DNA from: a virus
Lineage: Duplodnaviria; Caudoviricetes
Virus record (IMG/VR): IMGVR_UViG_3300033463_000027
Span: 75,525 to 139,524 of that record
Direction: 5' to 3' (one strand)
DNA length: 64,000 bases
The notes beneath the pieces were generated by a model. That model saw only the letters and a list, made by a program, of their open reading frames with translations. It was not told the DNA's origin and made no database searches. Within the stretch, counting starts at the first letter, position 1; the number at the start of each line of letters is the position of its first letter. Positions 48,531 to 58,441 of the stretch are shown here, in pieces. The translations under genes were made by a program, and so were the position numbers.

Positions 48531-48875
48531 ATGCGACCGATTGATGGGGACGCACTAAAAGAAAAGTTACAAGAGCAACAAAAATATGGGAGCATAGCAG
48601 ATAGCAGAGGTCGTGCCAAGGCTATTGTTGAGGTAATACACGCTCCCACCATTGAAGTCGAGCCTGTCAACCCCAAGATGACTAACCGTGAAAGATTTAT
48701 GCGTGAAATATCAAATGAAGATTTGGCAAAGATTTTGAAAGATGCAAGTGGTGGGAATTGTCCTTGCCAGTATTGTATAGAAATGCAAGACACTTGTAAG
48801 CTCAAACCTTGTATAGAGGGAGTAATAGAGTGGTTAGAAAGTCCAAGTGACAAAGGTGAAACGGAGAGTGAATAA
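48531..48875 (+). CDS. hypothetical phage protein
   Basis: MRPIDGDAL..APTIE and MTNRE motifs. Confidence 0.6.
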   Translation: MRPIDGDALKEKLQEQQKYGSIADSRGRAKAIVEVIHAPTIEVEPVNPKMTNRERFMREISNEDLAKILKDASGGNCPCQYCIEMQDTCKLKPCIEGVIEWLESPSDKGETESE

Positions 48876-48879
48876 AACA

Positions 48880-49281
48880 ATGCGTGATATTCTTTTCAGA
48901 GCCAAGAGAATTGATAACGGTGAATGGGTATATGGCTATTACATCAAGACCCATGATTATCTGGATAATAGGGAAATACATCTTATAGTTGGTATTGATT
49001 CTACGTCTTTTCCTGCTAATGAAATTACAGACACAAACGAAATTGATCCTGAAACTCTTGGGCAGTATACGGGGTTTACAGATAAGAATGGTACGAAAAT
49101 CTTTGAGGGGAATATTTGTCATTTTTATGGTGGTGAGTATTATAGCGGTTTTTGGGAGTTGAATCACGTTTGCAAAATCGAAATCTGTGTTGAATGTTTG
49201 CATTATCTTGAAAATGCCGAATTTGTAGAGGTTATGGGAAACGTGTATGATAATCCTGAGTTGTTGGAGGAAAAGAAGTAA
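48880..49281 (+). CDS. YopX-family protein
   Basis: ILFRAKR..GEWVYG, GQYTG..DKNG.KIFEG, EVMGNVYDNPELL. Confidence 0.9.
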   Translation: MRDILFRAKRIDNGEWVYGYYIKTHDYLDNREIHLIVGIDSTSFPANEITDTNEIDPETLGQYTGFTDKNGTKIFEGNICHFYGGEYYSGFWELNHVCKIEICVECLHYLENAEFVEVMGNVYDNPELLEEKK

Positions 49282-49775
49282 TGAGTACAAGAAATATATT
49301 GTTTCGAGGTAAAGATGTAAAGACAAATAAATGGGTTTATGGCTATTATGTTTGGAATCCTAATGGTACTTATATTATAGCTTACGATGATGAGATTGCT
49401 CGTATGCTGCTTGTTCATGATAATTTATGTCTTAAACGCCTAAAAGGTGTAGAAGCCCATGATTGGAGAGCTGTTGACCCAGCAACCGTAGGCGAAATTA
49501 CAGGTTGGAACGATTGCACTTTAACTGAAATATTTGAAGGCGATATAATTTGCTGTAAGGATAAGATTGGAATTGTTGAATATGGGGATTACAAAATAAC
49601 TCTTGATGACGAGAGTGATAGTATAATAGGCTTTCATGTTAATTGGATTCAAGAAACGCAAATGAGAAAAGACCTTCAATATTGGGCGATCAATTATCAT
49701 AGTGAACTCAAAATAGTTGGTAACATTTTTGACAATATAAATATTGAGCCTAAATTTAAAGAACAACTAATATGA
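49281..49775 (+). CDS. YopX-family protein
   Basis: ILFRGK..KWVYG, EIFEGDI, IVGNIFDN. Confidence 0.85.
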   Translation: MSTRNILFRGKDVKTNKWVYGYYVWNPNGTYIIAYDDEIARMLLVHDNLCLKRLKGVEAHDWRAVDPATVGEITGWNDCTLTEIFEGDIICCKDKIGIVEYGDYKITLDDESDSIIGFHVNWIQETQMRKDLQYWAINYHSELKIVGNIFDNINIEPKFKEQLI

Positions 49776-49786
49776 GGTAAATAATA

Positions 49787-50035
49787 ATGGCTAACTACGA
49801 ACACATTGTCCAAGAACACATAAAACTGCATGAGTCTCTTTTTAACAAACAAGCGGATATTATAAAAGAAGCGAGTGAACTTCGAGATATAGCAAATGAA
49901 TTAAATCAAGAAAATCTTTTATTAAAAAAGATACTTAGTGATGTTTTGCCTATGGTTACAAGTATAGAGTCCCAATTGAGTTTACCACCCAAGTATTCAG
50001 AATTGATAAAGTCATTTATTGGAGAAGATGACTAA
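49787..50035 (+). CDS. hypothetical coiled-coil protein
   Basis: GAGGT RBS. Confidence 0.6.
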   Translation: MANYEHIVQEHIKLHESLFNKQADIIKEASELRDIANELNQENLLLKKILSDVLPMVTSIESQLSLPPKYSELIKSFIGEDD

Positions 50036-50077
50036 TCATGATTTGCCAAATCGTAATTGACTAAAGGGAGATTTGAT

Positions 50078-50524
50078 ATGCACGAATTAGAAATGTTGGA
50101 TTATCTTTGTAAGATTATTCCTGATGTTGGGTTGCTTAAAGTAGAACTTGTTAATCATTTAAAGCAAATTACATATTTGTATAACAATCCCTCTCAATAC
50201 ACATATATAAAAGGTAAATTTGAGAATTGTAATTCTTTTGAGGAATATATTTATCATTACATTTCTTTTCGTCTGACAATAATAAATATAAAAGCAAGGG
50301 CTACAAGAGCGAAAACAATTTTTGGGACAACATACGAAGTGTCTATTGCAGAACCATCTCGTTTTAACACTCTCATTCACACTTATAACCTCTCTTCTGA
50401 ACATTTACTATGGCTAATCGGAGTATGTAGTAAATATGAAGCCTATGAGCAAGTTGCTATCCTTGAACAGAGAATAGCCGAGATAGGTGGTTGCAAGTCT
50501 CTTACAGACAGATTTCAAATATGA
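50078..50524 (+). CDS. hypothetical protein
   Basis: AAGGGAG RBS before ATG 50078. Confidence 0.6.
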   Translation: MHELEMLDYLCKIIPDVGLLKVELVNHLKQITYLYNNPSQYTYIKGKFENCNSFEEYIYHYISFRLTIINIKARATRAKTIFGTTYEVSIAEPSRFNTLIHTYNLSSEHLLWLIGVCSKYEAYEQVAILEQRIAEIGGCKSLTDRFQI

Positions 50525-50561
50525 ACAAAATATTAAATTTTGCATTGTACCTAATTTCCTA

Positions 50562-50590
50562 TTGACAAATAAGATTATATGGTGTATAAT
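50562..50590 (+). promoter_or_regulatory. sigma-A promoter of the modification/nucleotide operon, flanked by GTACCTAA boxes
   Basis: TTGACA-17 bp-TATAAT; boxes at 50546, 50690 and 50730. Confidence 0.85.
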
Positions 50591-50754
50591 AAAGTTACAG
50601 AAAGAGATATAATCTAAGGCGTAAAGTAGTTGATATTTACAATTGCTACTTTACGACCTATATTTTTATCCCCTTTAAGCATTATGTGCTGTACCTAACG
50701 GCATTTGCAAAAATTATAACATTATATATCGTACCTAAAAGTGAGGTGAGAAAA

Positions 50755-51159
50755 TTGCACTTTGGAACGCCTTTAAAAGTACCTCGAAAAAAAGCTGAAT
50801 TTTATCAGGATTTTTTGACCCTATATTGGCAAGATGAAGCCAATTGTGGGCTGTCTGATTTCAGTAGTTACGAGGATTATGATATAAATGAGTTCATGCA
50901 CATAGAAGGAGATGATACAGAAATGGTAAGTCGAAGAATTTTGATTGAGAAGTATAAGGACATTAAACGCTTTGTGGATATCGCCAGTAAATATGGTGAC
51001 GATCTGATAATCAAGGGAATTAATTATGAGTTTCCTGCTTGTTCTCTTATGTCAGTTATGTCACTCGTTGATTTGAGCGATAGTGTAAGAATTATGTTCC
51101 CCGAAGAATACATTGAGAGCGTTGAAATGGACTTTGCAGAATGGTTGTGTGAACAATGA
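50755..51159 (+). CDS. protein with C-terminal HPr-like domain
   Basis: KRFVDIASKY..ACSLMSVMSLVDLS resembles His15-less HPr homologs; GAGGTG RBS before TTG 50755. Confidence 0.55.
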   Translation: MHFGTPLKVPRKKAEFYQDFLTLYWQDEANCGLSDFSSYEDYDINEFMHIEGDDTEMVSRRILIEKYKDIKRFVDIASKYGDDLIIKGINYEFPACSLMSVMSLVDLSDSVRIMFPEEYIESVEMDFAEWLCEQ

Positions 51160-51851
51160 ACCGCAGACAAAGATTTATTTGTCAAGCTCTTGTGTTTTGG
51201 TTGCTTGGTGTAACTGCAATTGCGGTGAGTGACTACGTTGACCAAGAGAAGTATGAACGCCAAAAAGATGTAGGTGCAACTAAACTTGCTACTGTGAGCG
51301 TTGTGACCGAAGTCAAACCTCAGAGCGAACGTGTTCTAAAGTTTGAGTTACATCAAGGCGGGAGTTATCAGCCGAAAGAAAGTTACATAGAGAAAACCAT
51401 TGTTAAAGAACAGGTGTATGAGAGTTTGGAAATACCGCAAGGTCGAACAGATAATTTCATGTACATGGATTATCGAGCCTTAACCAATACGGCTTCGGCA
51501 CAATATGAATTGCAGCAGTACGCTTGGACTGATTCACAAGGATTCCGTAGATATGGTGACTATTACATGGTTGCTATGGGAACTTATTACGGTTATGTCG
51601 GTGAGACGTTTAGAATAACAACTGATCGTAACAATTGCTACGATGTAATTCTTGGGGATTGCAAGGGGACAGATGCGGTTAGCTATGACGGTAATCACAG
51701 TTGGTATCATGTTGCAGGAGATTACAGATTGAATGTCGTGGAATTTATCGTTGCGACTGAATACTTGCCAAGTGAGGTTACGTTACATGGTGACTGTGGT
51801 GTGCTTGAAAATATCGGCGGGAATGTTATAAAGATTGAGAGGTTGGAATAA
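51156..51851 (+). CDS. membrane-anchored/secreted protein, possible cell-wall-acting domain
   Basis: N-terminal hydrophobic helix; C-terminal globular domain YMVAMGTYY..VILGDCK. Confidence 0.45.
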   Translation: MNRRQRFICQALVFWLLGVTAIAVSDYVDQEKYERQKDVGATKLATVSVVTEVKPQSERVLKFELHQGGSYQPKESYIEKTIVKEQVYESLEIPQGRTDNFMYMDYRALTNTASAQYELQQYAWTDSQGFRRYGDYYMVAMGTYYGYVGETFRITTDRNNCYDVILGDCKGTDAVSYDGNHSWYHVAGDYRLNVVEFIVATEYLPSEVTLHGDCGVLENIGGNVIKIERLE

Positions 51852-52370
51852 TTGCAAATAGAAAGAACATGGGCAATGCCTAATGGTAATACTTTTACAA
51901 TAAAACCAATCAAAGAACTTGTTGAATCTGTTATAAGCTCTTTACATAATAGCGCGGTTATCGTTGACCCTTTTGCAAACAATTCTAAGTATGGCACCAT
52001 AACTAATGACTTAAATCCCGAATATGATACTACTTATCATCTTGACGCATTAAAATTCTTACAACAATTATGCTCTGATAGTGCAGATTTAATTCTTTAT
52101 GACCCGCCATACTCCATCACTCAGGCTGCTACGCTTTATAAATCCTATGGAAAAGAGAAGTTGGAAATTAATGTCGCCAATATGAAGTATTGGGCTGAGT
52201 GCAAAAAAGAAGTAGCAAGGATATGTAAAAGCTCTGGACAAGTTCTTTCTTTTGGTTGGAATACTAATGGAATAGGCAAGAATAGGGGATTTGAAATTGA
52301 AAAAATACTAATAGTAGCTCATGGTGGGTCTAAGAATGATACACTATGTACTTTGGAAAGGAAGTTATAA
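51852..52370 (+). CDS. amino (N6-adenine/N4-cytosine) DNA methyltransferase
   Basis: VDPFA and LYDPPYS motifs. Confidence 0.8.
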   Translation: MQIERTWAMPNGNTFTIKPIKELVESVISSLHNSAVIVDPFANNSKYGTITNDLNPEYDTTYHLDALKFLQQLCSDSADLILYDPPYSITQAATLYKSYGKEKLEINVANMKYWAECKKEVARICKSSGQVLSFGWNTNGIGKNRGFEIEKILIVAHGGSKNDTLCTLERKL

Positions 52371-53060
52371 ATGAATGTGTTGGTAGCCTGTGAAGAGTCA
52401 CAGCGCGTTTGTACCGCTTTCCGTAGGGGGGGGCATAATGCCTTTAGCTGTGATGTGATTGAACCAAGTGGAGAACACCCTGAGTGGCACATACTCGGTG
52501 ATGCTTTAGATGTTATAAATCCTAAACCTGATAAGATTTCATTCAGAACTATGGATAATAAGACTTACATAATTGATAAATGGGATTTAATAATTGCTCA
52601 CCCACCTTGTACTTATCTGTCCAATGCGGGGGCTTGTAGGTTATATCCCAAGAAAGGTCAGTTAAATCAAGAGCGATATACCAAAGGATTACAAGCCAAA
52701 GAGTTCTTTATGCAGTTCATTAATGCTAATTGCGAACACATTGCAGTTGAAAATCCAATACCTTCAAAGATATATAATTTACCTAAGTATACACAGATCA
52801 TACAACCCTATCAGTTTGGACACCCATACACTAAAAAGACCTGTCTCTGGTTAAAAGGATTGCCTAAGTTACAACCCACTAATGTAGTTGAACCACAAGG
52901 TATGTGGGTTAATGGCAACTCAAATATTTGGAAGAAGCAAGCTGCTGATGGTAATGTTACAGGCAAGTCCAAAGACCCTCGTGTTCGAGCCAAAACTTTT
53001 GATGGGATAGCAGAAGCTATGGCAAATCAATGGGGAAATTTGAACAAAACAATAATTTAG
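52371..53060 (+). CDS. C5-cytosine DNA methyltransferase-like protein (G8 tract, in frame)
   Basis: VLVACEES, AHPPCTYLS, VENP motifs. Confidence 0.8.
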   Translation: MNVLVACEESQRVCTAFRRGGHNAFSCDVIEPSGEHPEWHILGDALDVINPKPDKISFRTMDNKTYIIDKWDLIIAHPPCTYLSNAGACRLYPKKGQLNQERYTKGLQAKEFFMQFINANCEHIAVENPIPSKIYNLPKYTQIIQPYQFGHPYTKKTCLWLKGLPKLQPTNVVEPQGMWVNGNSNIWKKQAADGNVTGKSKDPRVRAKTFDGIAEAMANQWGNLNKTII

Positions 53061-53145
53061 CATACTATATATAGCGGTTATAAATACATATTAGAACCTA
53101 TATATAGGGGTACTTTTAAAGAAAGGTTTTATAAGGAGAATTAAA

Positions 53146-53832
53146 ATGGGATTATTTAGTAAGAAGAATGATATAGAAACTATTGAATTATCAAAGAAGA
53201 TCAGCCTTGCCAAAGACGAAGTTCACAAGGTCTGCTTAACTAAACCGATTCTGAATGGACTTAAAGCCAAGGTTTGTCTCGCCATAGACTATTCGGGGTC
53301 AATGTCTGACCTGTATGATAATGGCACCGTGCAGTCAATTTTCGAGAAAATGCTTCCGCTTGCAATGGAGTTTGATGATGACTGGACAATGGAAGCGTGG
53401 AAGTTCGACAATGGTACGAAACGCTTAAAAGATGTAACGCCACAGAACATTGCTAACTATGTAAAGAAGAATATTAATGGTTCAATGGGTGGCACAAACT
53501 ATGCACCTGTTATAAATGAGATTGTGGACTTCTATAAAAACTCTAAAGCCCCCGTGTATGTAATCTTTATTACTGACGGTGATAACTGGGATAAAGACGA
53601 TGCAACAACTGCAATTCAGGCAGCTTCAAAACTTCCGATTTTCTGGCAGTTTGTCGGACTTGGTAATAATGGATATTCATATTTACAAGACCTCGATGAC
53701 ATGACAGGGCGATACGTTGATAATGCTGATTTCTTCGAGGTACGAAACGCCAATGATATAACTTATTTCAATCTGCTCAATGAGTTTCCAAGTTGGTTGA
53801 GTAATGAAAAAGTTAAGGCTATGATTGTGTAA
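53146..53832 (+). CDS. vWA domain protein (TerF/tellurite-resistance-associated type)
   Basis: MIDAS DYSGS, GGTNY, FITDG, PIFWQFVG, DNADFF. Confidence 0.85.
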   Translation: MGLFSKKNDIETIELSKKISLAKDEVHKVCLTKPILNGLKAKVCLAIDYSGSMSDLYDNGTVQSIFEKMLPLAMEFDDDWTMEAWKFDNGTKRLKDVTPQNIANYVKKNINGSMGGTNYAPVINEIVDFYKNSKAPVYVIFITDGDNWDKDDATTAIQAASKLPIFWQFVGLGNNGYSYLQDLDDMTGRYVDNADFFEVRNANDITYFNLLNEFPSWLSNEKVKAMIV

Positions 53833-53852
53833 AGAAAGAAGGGGTAGCAATA

Positions 53853-54404
53853 ATGCCACTTAATAAAGGTTATCTAACAGCAAAACAAACTCCCGCATCT
53901 GATGAGTGCCTTACCCCTTTCTATTGTGTTGACCCTCTCCTTGAATTTCTTACAGACAAGAGCAAAATAATTTGGTGTCCTTTTGACAAAGAATATTCTG
54001 CGTTTGTTCAAGTCCTCACAGGGGGGGGGCTAACAGTAATCCATTCCCATATAGATGATGGTCAAGACTTCTTTGAGTATGAACCCAATCTATGGGACAT
54101 TATGATAAGCAATCCCCCATTCAGCAAGAAAGACAAGGTTCTTGAAAGAGCGTTTAGCTTTAACAAGCCCTTTGCACTTTTACTTCCTTGCAATAGTATT
54201 CAAGGCAAGTCAAGGTTTAAGATATTTAATAATGAAATACAAATGCTCTGTTTTGATTCGAGAGTCGGTTTCTTTATGAATGGCGATCTAAAAAATGTAA
54301 CTGAGGGAACTGCTTTCGGTTCTGCTTATTTTTGTAGAGATTTTTTGCCGAGTAAGTTGGAACTGAGAGAACTACATAAGTATGAAAGGACGTTGGTTGA
54401 ATGA
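53853..54404 (+). CDS. N6-adenine DNA methyltransferase (G9 tract, in frame)
   Basis: DECLTP, WCPFD, GQDFF, SNPPFS. Confidence 0.82.
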   Translation: MPLNKGYLTAKQTPASDECLTPFYCVDPLLEFLTDKSKIIWCPFDKEYSAFVQVLTGGGLTVIHSHIDDGQDFFEYEPNLWDIMISNPPFSKKDKVLERAFSFNKPFALLLPCNSIQGKSRFKIFNNEIQMLCFDSRVGFFMNGDLKNVTEGTAFGSAYFCRDFLPSKLELRELHKYERTLVE

Positions 54405-54586
54405 AACAAATACTAATTGTTTATGTATTGGGAACAGTTTTGATACAAATAGCTATGTCTATTGGTATTACTTACTGTGCTGTATATTTCAATTCTCCTA
54501 AATTACTTTGGTTTCTTTTGCTCCCTGTTATAATTTCACCAAGTATTAAAAAGACTACTGAAATTGATAAGGAAAGAAGTGATTGA
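54401..54586 (+). CDS. small membrane protein
   Basis: Two hydrophobic segments. Confidence 0.55.
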   Translation: MKQILIVYVLGTVLIQIAMSIGITYCAVYFNSPKLLWFLLLPVIISPSIKKTTEIDKERSD

Positions 54587-54589
54587 AAA

Positions 54590-55890
54590 TTGTCCAATAT
54601 AAGCACCTACATCTCAGACAAAGGTGTTCATAACAGTGAACGTTTAAAAGAACTGCAAACCTTGCCACTTGACCGCAAGATAGCAATAACACAGGCTCGT
54701 ATTATTGAGTGGTTTAACTTTTGGGAAGGTAACGTTTATGTTTCTTTCTCAGGTGGCAAAGATAGTACAGTCTTGCTTGATCTTGTAATTAAAACAATTA
54801 AGGCGATTGACCCAACGTTTGAAGTCCCTGTCGTGTTCAGCAACACGGGTCTTGAATACCCTGAAATTCAGAGGTTTGCCAAGAGCAAGGGTGCGACTTT
54901 TGTAACCCCTAAGATGAACATAGTTGAGGTTATTCGCAATTATGGTTATCCTCTTATCAGCAAGGAAGTGTCCAGTGCAATTTATTATGCAAGACGTATA
55001 AAGCCGTATGACAGCGGCGCAACCTGCGACACACACACCAGAACGAGGTTACAAGGAAACAACGTTCAAGCGACTGGAACTGCAAGACAAACGACCTCCG
55101 AACGGGCGCGAATGGGGGGGGCAAGACGAGTTCAGAACTGCCATCAGAAAGCGGAACGAATTGCTTGACCAACGCATCGATTCATGTAGTCCAAAAGGAT
55201 ATCAGGAGAAAGGAACTCATGGGGACTATGGGTAGCTCGGATTGCTCTACTAAATCAAAGTTTAACAAGAAGAAATGGCTACCACTCGCACAAGAACTTC
55301 CTGCGTTAATATCTCATAAGTGCTGTGACGTTATGAAAAAATCACCAATAGGAATATATCAAAGGGCTACACATAATAAACCTTATCTTGGTACTATGGC
55401 AGAAGAAAGTATTATGCGTAGACAAGCATGGATAAGAACAGGTTGTAATGCTTTTGAGGGAAAGAAACCGAGTAGTCAACCGCTTAGTTTTTGGACTGAA
55501 CAAGATATCTTGGAGTACATCAGAACGTATCAGATTGAGATTTGTTCTGTGTATGGGGATATTGTTGAGGAAGATGGAGTGTTGTGTACTACTGGTGTAA
55601 GTAGGTCAGGCTGTGTAGGCTGCCCTTATGGGAGCCAATATGAAAAGGGTATAACACGTTTTCAGAGACTTGCCGAAACTCACCCCAAACAGTACAAGTT
55701 CTGTATAGAGGGTGGCGAATGGGCTGATAATCCTTACTATGATCCTAACGCACCTGAGTACGATGGCGAATGGAAAAACTGGAATCCTAAAAAGATTTGG
55801 ACAGTAGGCAATGGTGGCTTGGGTATGGGTTATCTCTTTGATATGGTTAATGAGATTTATGGAAAAGAATTAATAAGGTATAAGGTGTGA
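54590..55890 (+). CDS. PAPS-reductase-family (PP-loop) protein, out of frame across (AC)5 and G8 tracts
   Basis: SFSGGKDS and NTGLEYPE in first frame; CCDVMKK, PLSFWT, RSGCVGC in second frame. Confidence 0.85.
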
Positions 55891-55896
55891 TAAATA

Positions 55897-56097
55897 ATGA
55901 ACAACAATAAAAACAACAATAACAAAACTACTGTATCGGGCGGTATAGGATTTGGAGGACTTCTTACAATTGCCTTTATTATACTAAAGCTCTGTGGAGT
56001 GATTAAGTGGTCGTGGCTTTGGGTGCTTGCTCCCACTTGGATTCCGATAGCTTTGGTAATAATCGTACTTTTGATTATTATAACTGTTAAGAAGTGA
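55897..56097 (+). CDS. small transmembrane phage protein
   Basis: GGIGFGGLLTIAFIILKLCGVIKWSWLWVLAP. Confidence 0.75.
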   Translation: MNNNKNNNNKTTVSGGIGFGGLLTIAFIILKLCGVIKWSWLWVLAPTWIPIALVIIVLLIIITVKK

Positions 56098-56116
56098 TAC
56101 ATAAGAGGAAGAAAAA

Positions 56117-56650
56117 ATGAGTGATTTTAGTACACAAATCAAAACAAGTGTTAATGGTGACGAATACTTCTCGCCCCCCCCTGTGGTCGAGATGATAATA
56201 CCGCTATTACAACAAAATAACATTCAGAGAGTTTGGTGTCCATTTGATAAACCTGACAGCAACTTTGTGACAATGCTTACAGACAAGGGTTTTGAGGTTA
56301 CTTATGGACACATTGAAACTGGACAGGACTTCTTTGATTATGAAGCCCCACCTGATAATGTACAATGCGCAGTAAGTAACCCGCCCTTTAGTAAACGTAA
56401 TGCGATATTTAAGAGACTGTTTGAGTTTAATATTCCTTTTGCTTTGGTTATGAACCTTAACGGTTTGTTTGATAGCAAAGAGCGTTTTGAGATGTTCAAG
56501 CACCAAGACATAGAACTTTACATACCAAAAGGTCGAATGAAGTTTGTAGCAAAAGATAAGGGTCAGCTCAATTCACCGAATTTTCAGAGTGTTTATGTAT
56601 GCAGTAAAATGTTAAACAATCCGATTACATTTGCGGATTGGGAGTTTTAA
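56117..56650 (+). CDS. N6-adenine DNA methyltransferase (C8 tract, in frame), paralog of 53853
   Basis: DEYFSP, WCPFD, GQDFF, SNPPFS. Confidence 0.82.
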   Translation: MSDFSTQIKTSVNGDEYFSPPPVVEMIIPLLQQNNIQRVWCPFDKPDSNFVTMLTDKGFEVTYGHIETGQDFFDYEAPPDNVQCAVSNPPFSKRNAIFKRLFEFNIPFALVMNLNGLFDSKERFEMFKHQDIELYIPKGRMKFVAKDKGQLNSPNFQSVYVCSKMLNNPITFADWEF

Positions 56651-56672
56651 GGAAAAGAATAAAAGGTAGGCG

Positions 56673-57596
56673 ATGTATTTGACAAAAGATTTAACAGGAC
56701 AACGGTTTGGATTTCTTACTGTTATCAGACGTATAGAAAATTATGTTACCAAACAAGGGAAACAACTTTCACAATGGGAGTGCTTATGTGATTGCGGAAA
56801 TTATACAACAGCATATACTGCCTTATTAACAACAGGTCATAAAAAATCTTGTGGTTGTCAAAAACATGGTAAAGAACCTATTGACTTAACAAATCAAAGG
56901 TTTGGCAAATTAACTGTCATTGAACGAGTAGGGACAAGAAACGGCAGTCCTTTATGGAAATGTAAATGTGATTGTGGTAATGAAATTGAAACAATTACAC
57001 AGAGATTGCGTAACGGAGAAGCTAAATCTTGTGGATGCTACATAAGGGATTGGATATCACAAAGAAATCGCAAGTATAATAAATATGAAATAAAAGATAA
57101 TTACGTCATAGGTTATACAGAAAATGGAGAAAAGTTTTTTGTTGACATAGATGACTTAGAAAAAATAAAACCATATTATTGGAAAGTAAGTAGTAGTGGT
57201 TATATTATCGCTTGGGACAAAGAAATAAAAACCAATATTCATTTGCATAGGTTAATAATGAATTGCAATGATGAAAATTTAGTAGTAGATCATATTGGTG
57301 GCTCAAAAACAATTAACGATAATAGGAAGAGAAATTTAAGGATTGTATCACAAGCTCAAAATCAAATGAACGCAAAACGATATAAGAATAACACATCGGG
57401 GCATACTGGCGTTCGTTTTGATAAGCGTTCAGGAAAATGGCTTGCTACAATTAATTTTAATTATAAAAATTATTGGTTGGGATTGTATGAAAATTACAAC
57501 GATGCAGTTAAAGCCAGAGAAAAAGCAGAAGATGAATATTTTGGCGAATATGGATATAGAAATAGTCAAAAACAAATTCAACAATATGCTGATTAA
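56673..57596 (+). CDS. HNH-AP2 homing endonuclease
   Basis: Two DLT.QRFG.LTV..CDCG..SCGC repeats, LHRLIM..VDHI..DNRKRNLR, NTSGHTGV AP2 domain. Confidence 0.88.
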   Translation: MYLTKDLTGQRFGFLTVIRRIENYVTKQGKQLSQWECLCDCGNYTTAYTALLTTGHKKSCGCQKHGKEPIDLTNQRFGKLTVIERVGTRNGSPLWKCKCDCGNEIETITQRLRNGEAKSCGCYIRDWISQRNRKYNKYEIKDNYVIGYTENGEKFFVDIDDLEKIKPYYWKVSSSGYIIAWDKEIKTNIHLHRLIMNCNDENLVVDHIGGSKTINDNRKRNLRIVSQAQNQMNAKRYKNNTSGHTGVRFDKRSGKWLATINFNYKNYWLGLYENYNDAVKAREKAEDEYFGEYGYRNSQKQIQQYAD

Positions 57597-57608
57597 GGAG
57601 TGATTTCT

Positions 57609-57887
57609 ATGAAAGCAAGAATCCCCAATAATGAGTATGATCCCAATACAATCGGTGTACCTAAGAAACTCATTGAGGACAAACAGTATGCCAAAGAGTT
57701 TTGGGAGTACCTTACTCAGTCTAATCCCGAAAGCGACTATGGTGAGTTCGAGGATTGGTATAACAAGCTCTGTGTACTTGACTTCAAGCAAAAGTTATAC
57801 AACACTCCGCTACCTAATAGGGCAAGTCGCAGAGCAAGGAAGGCTGAAATGAGAAAGGCTGAAAAGTCTGAGAAAGGAGGTGATTGA
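57609..57887 (+). CDS. hypothetical protein
   Basis: AAGGAG RBS; C-terminal NRASRR motif. Confidence 0.6.
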   Translation: MKARIPNNEYDPNTIGVPKKLIEDKQYAKEFWEYLTQSNPESDYGEFEDWYNKLCVLDFKQKLYNTPLPNRASRRARKAEMRKAEKSEKGGD

Positions 57888-57889
57888 TT

Positions 57890-58312
57890 ATGAGTGTAGT
57901 TGATAATACGAGTCCACCTAATGACAGACCGCCGATTGCACCAAACGTAGTTCCTCGGCATAAATCCTACTACAACAAAATGATTTATGTCGCAGGAGCT
58001 TATGGTGGAAGTGAAACAAACAAGACCTATATTGAAATGTGCTGTCGCAGATTCAGCGAAGATTACCCTACATACTGTTTTATAAATGGTGTTTCAGAGT
58101 TCTCTCACTGGTATAATAAGTCAAATTCTATCGTAGATGACCTAAAAAGATGCGCTTTTTTGCTAAAAAAGTCTGATGAAATCTGGGTTTTATCGGGTAC
58201 AGATTGGGAGAGTTCGCAAGGTACAATGGTAGAAATTTTCGTAGCTATGGAGAATGATATTCCTGTGGTTTACGATAAGGACAAACAGCTTTCAATAAAG
58301 AAAGAGAAGTGA
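57890..58312 (+). CDS. nucleoside 2-deoxyribosyltransferase-like (DUF4406/DUF1937) protein
   Basis: IYVAGAY and DEIWVL..WESSQG..E motifs. Confidence 0.7.
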   Translation: MSVVDNTSPPNDRPPIAPNVVPRHKSYYNKMIYVAGAYGGSETNKTYIEMCCRRFSEDYPTYCFINGVSEFSHWYNKSNSIVDDLKRCAFLLKKSDEIWVLSGTDWESSQGTMVEIFVAMENDIPVVYDKDKQLSIKKEK

Positions 58313-58441
58313 TCTGAATATGAGCGCATTGATAATTCTTGGTATAGGTTTTATCGGCGGCGGGGTGGTAGGTATTGTTATTGCTTACTTATGCAATCGT
58401 TCAGAAGATTATGATGGAGAAGATGATAAGGGGGAATGGTA

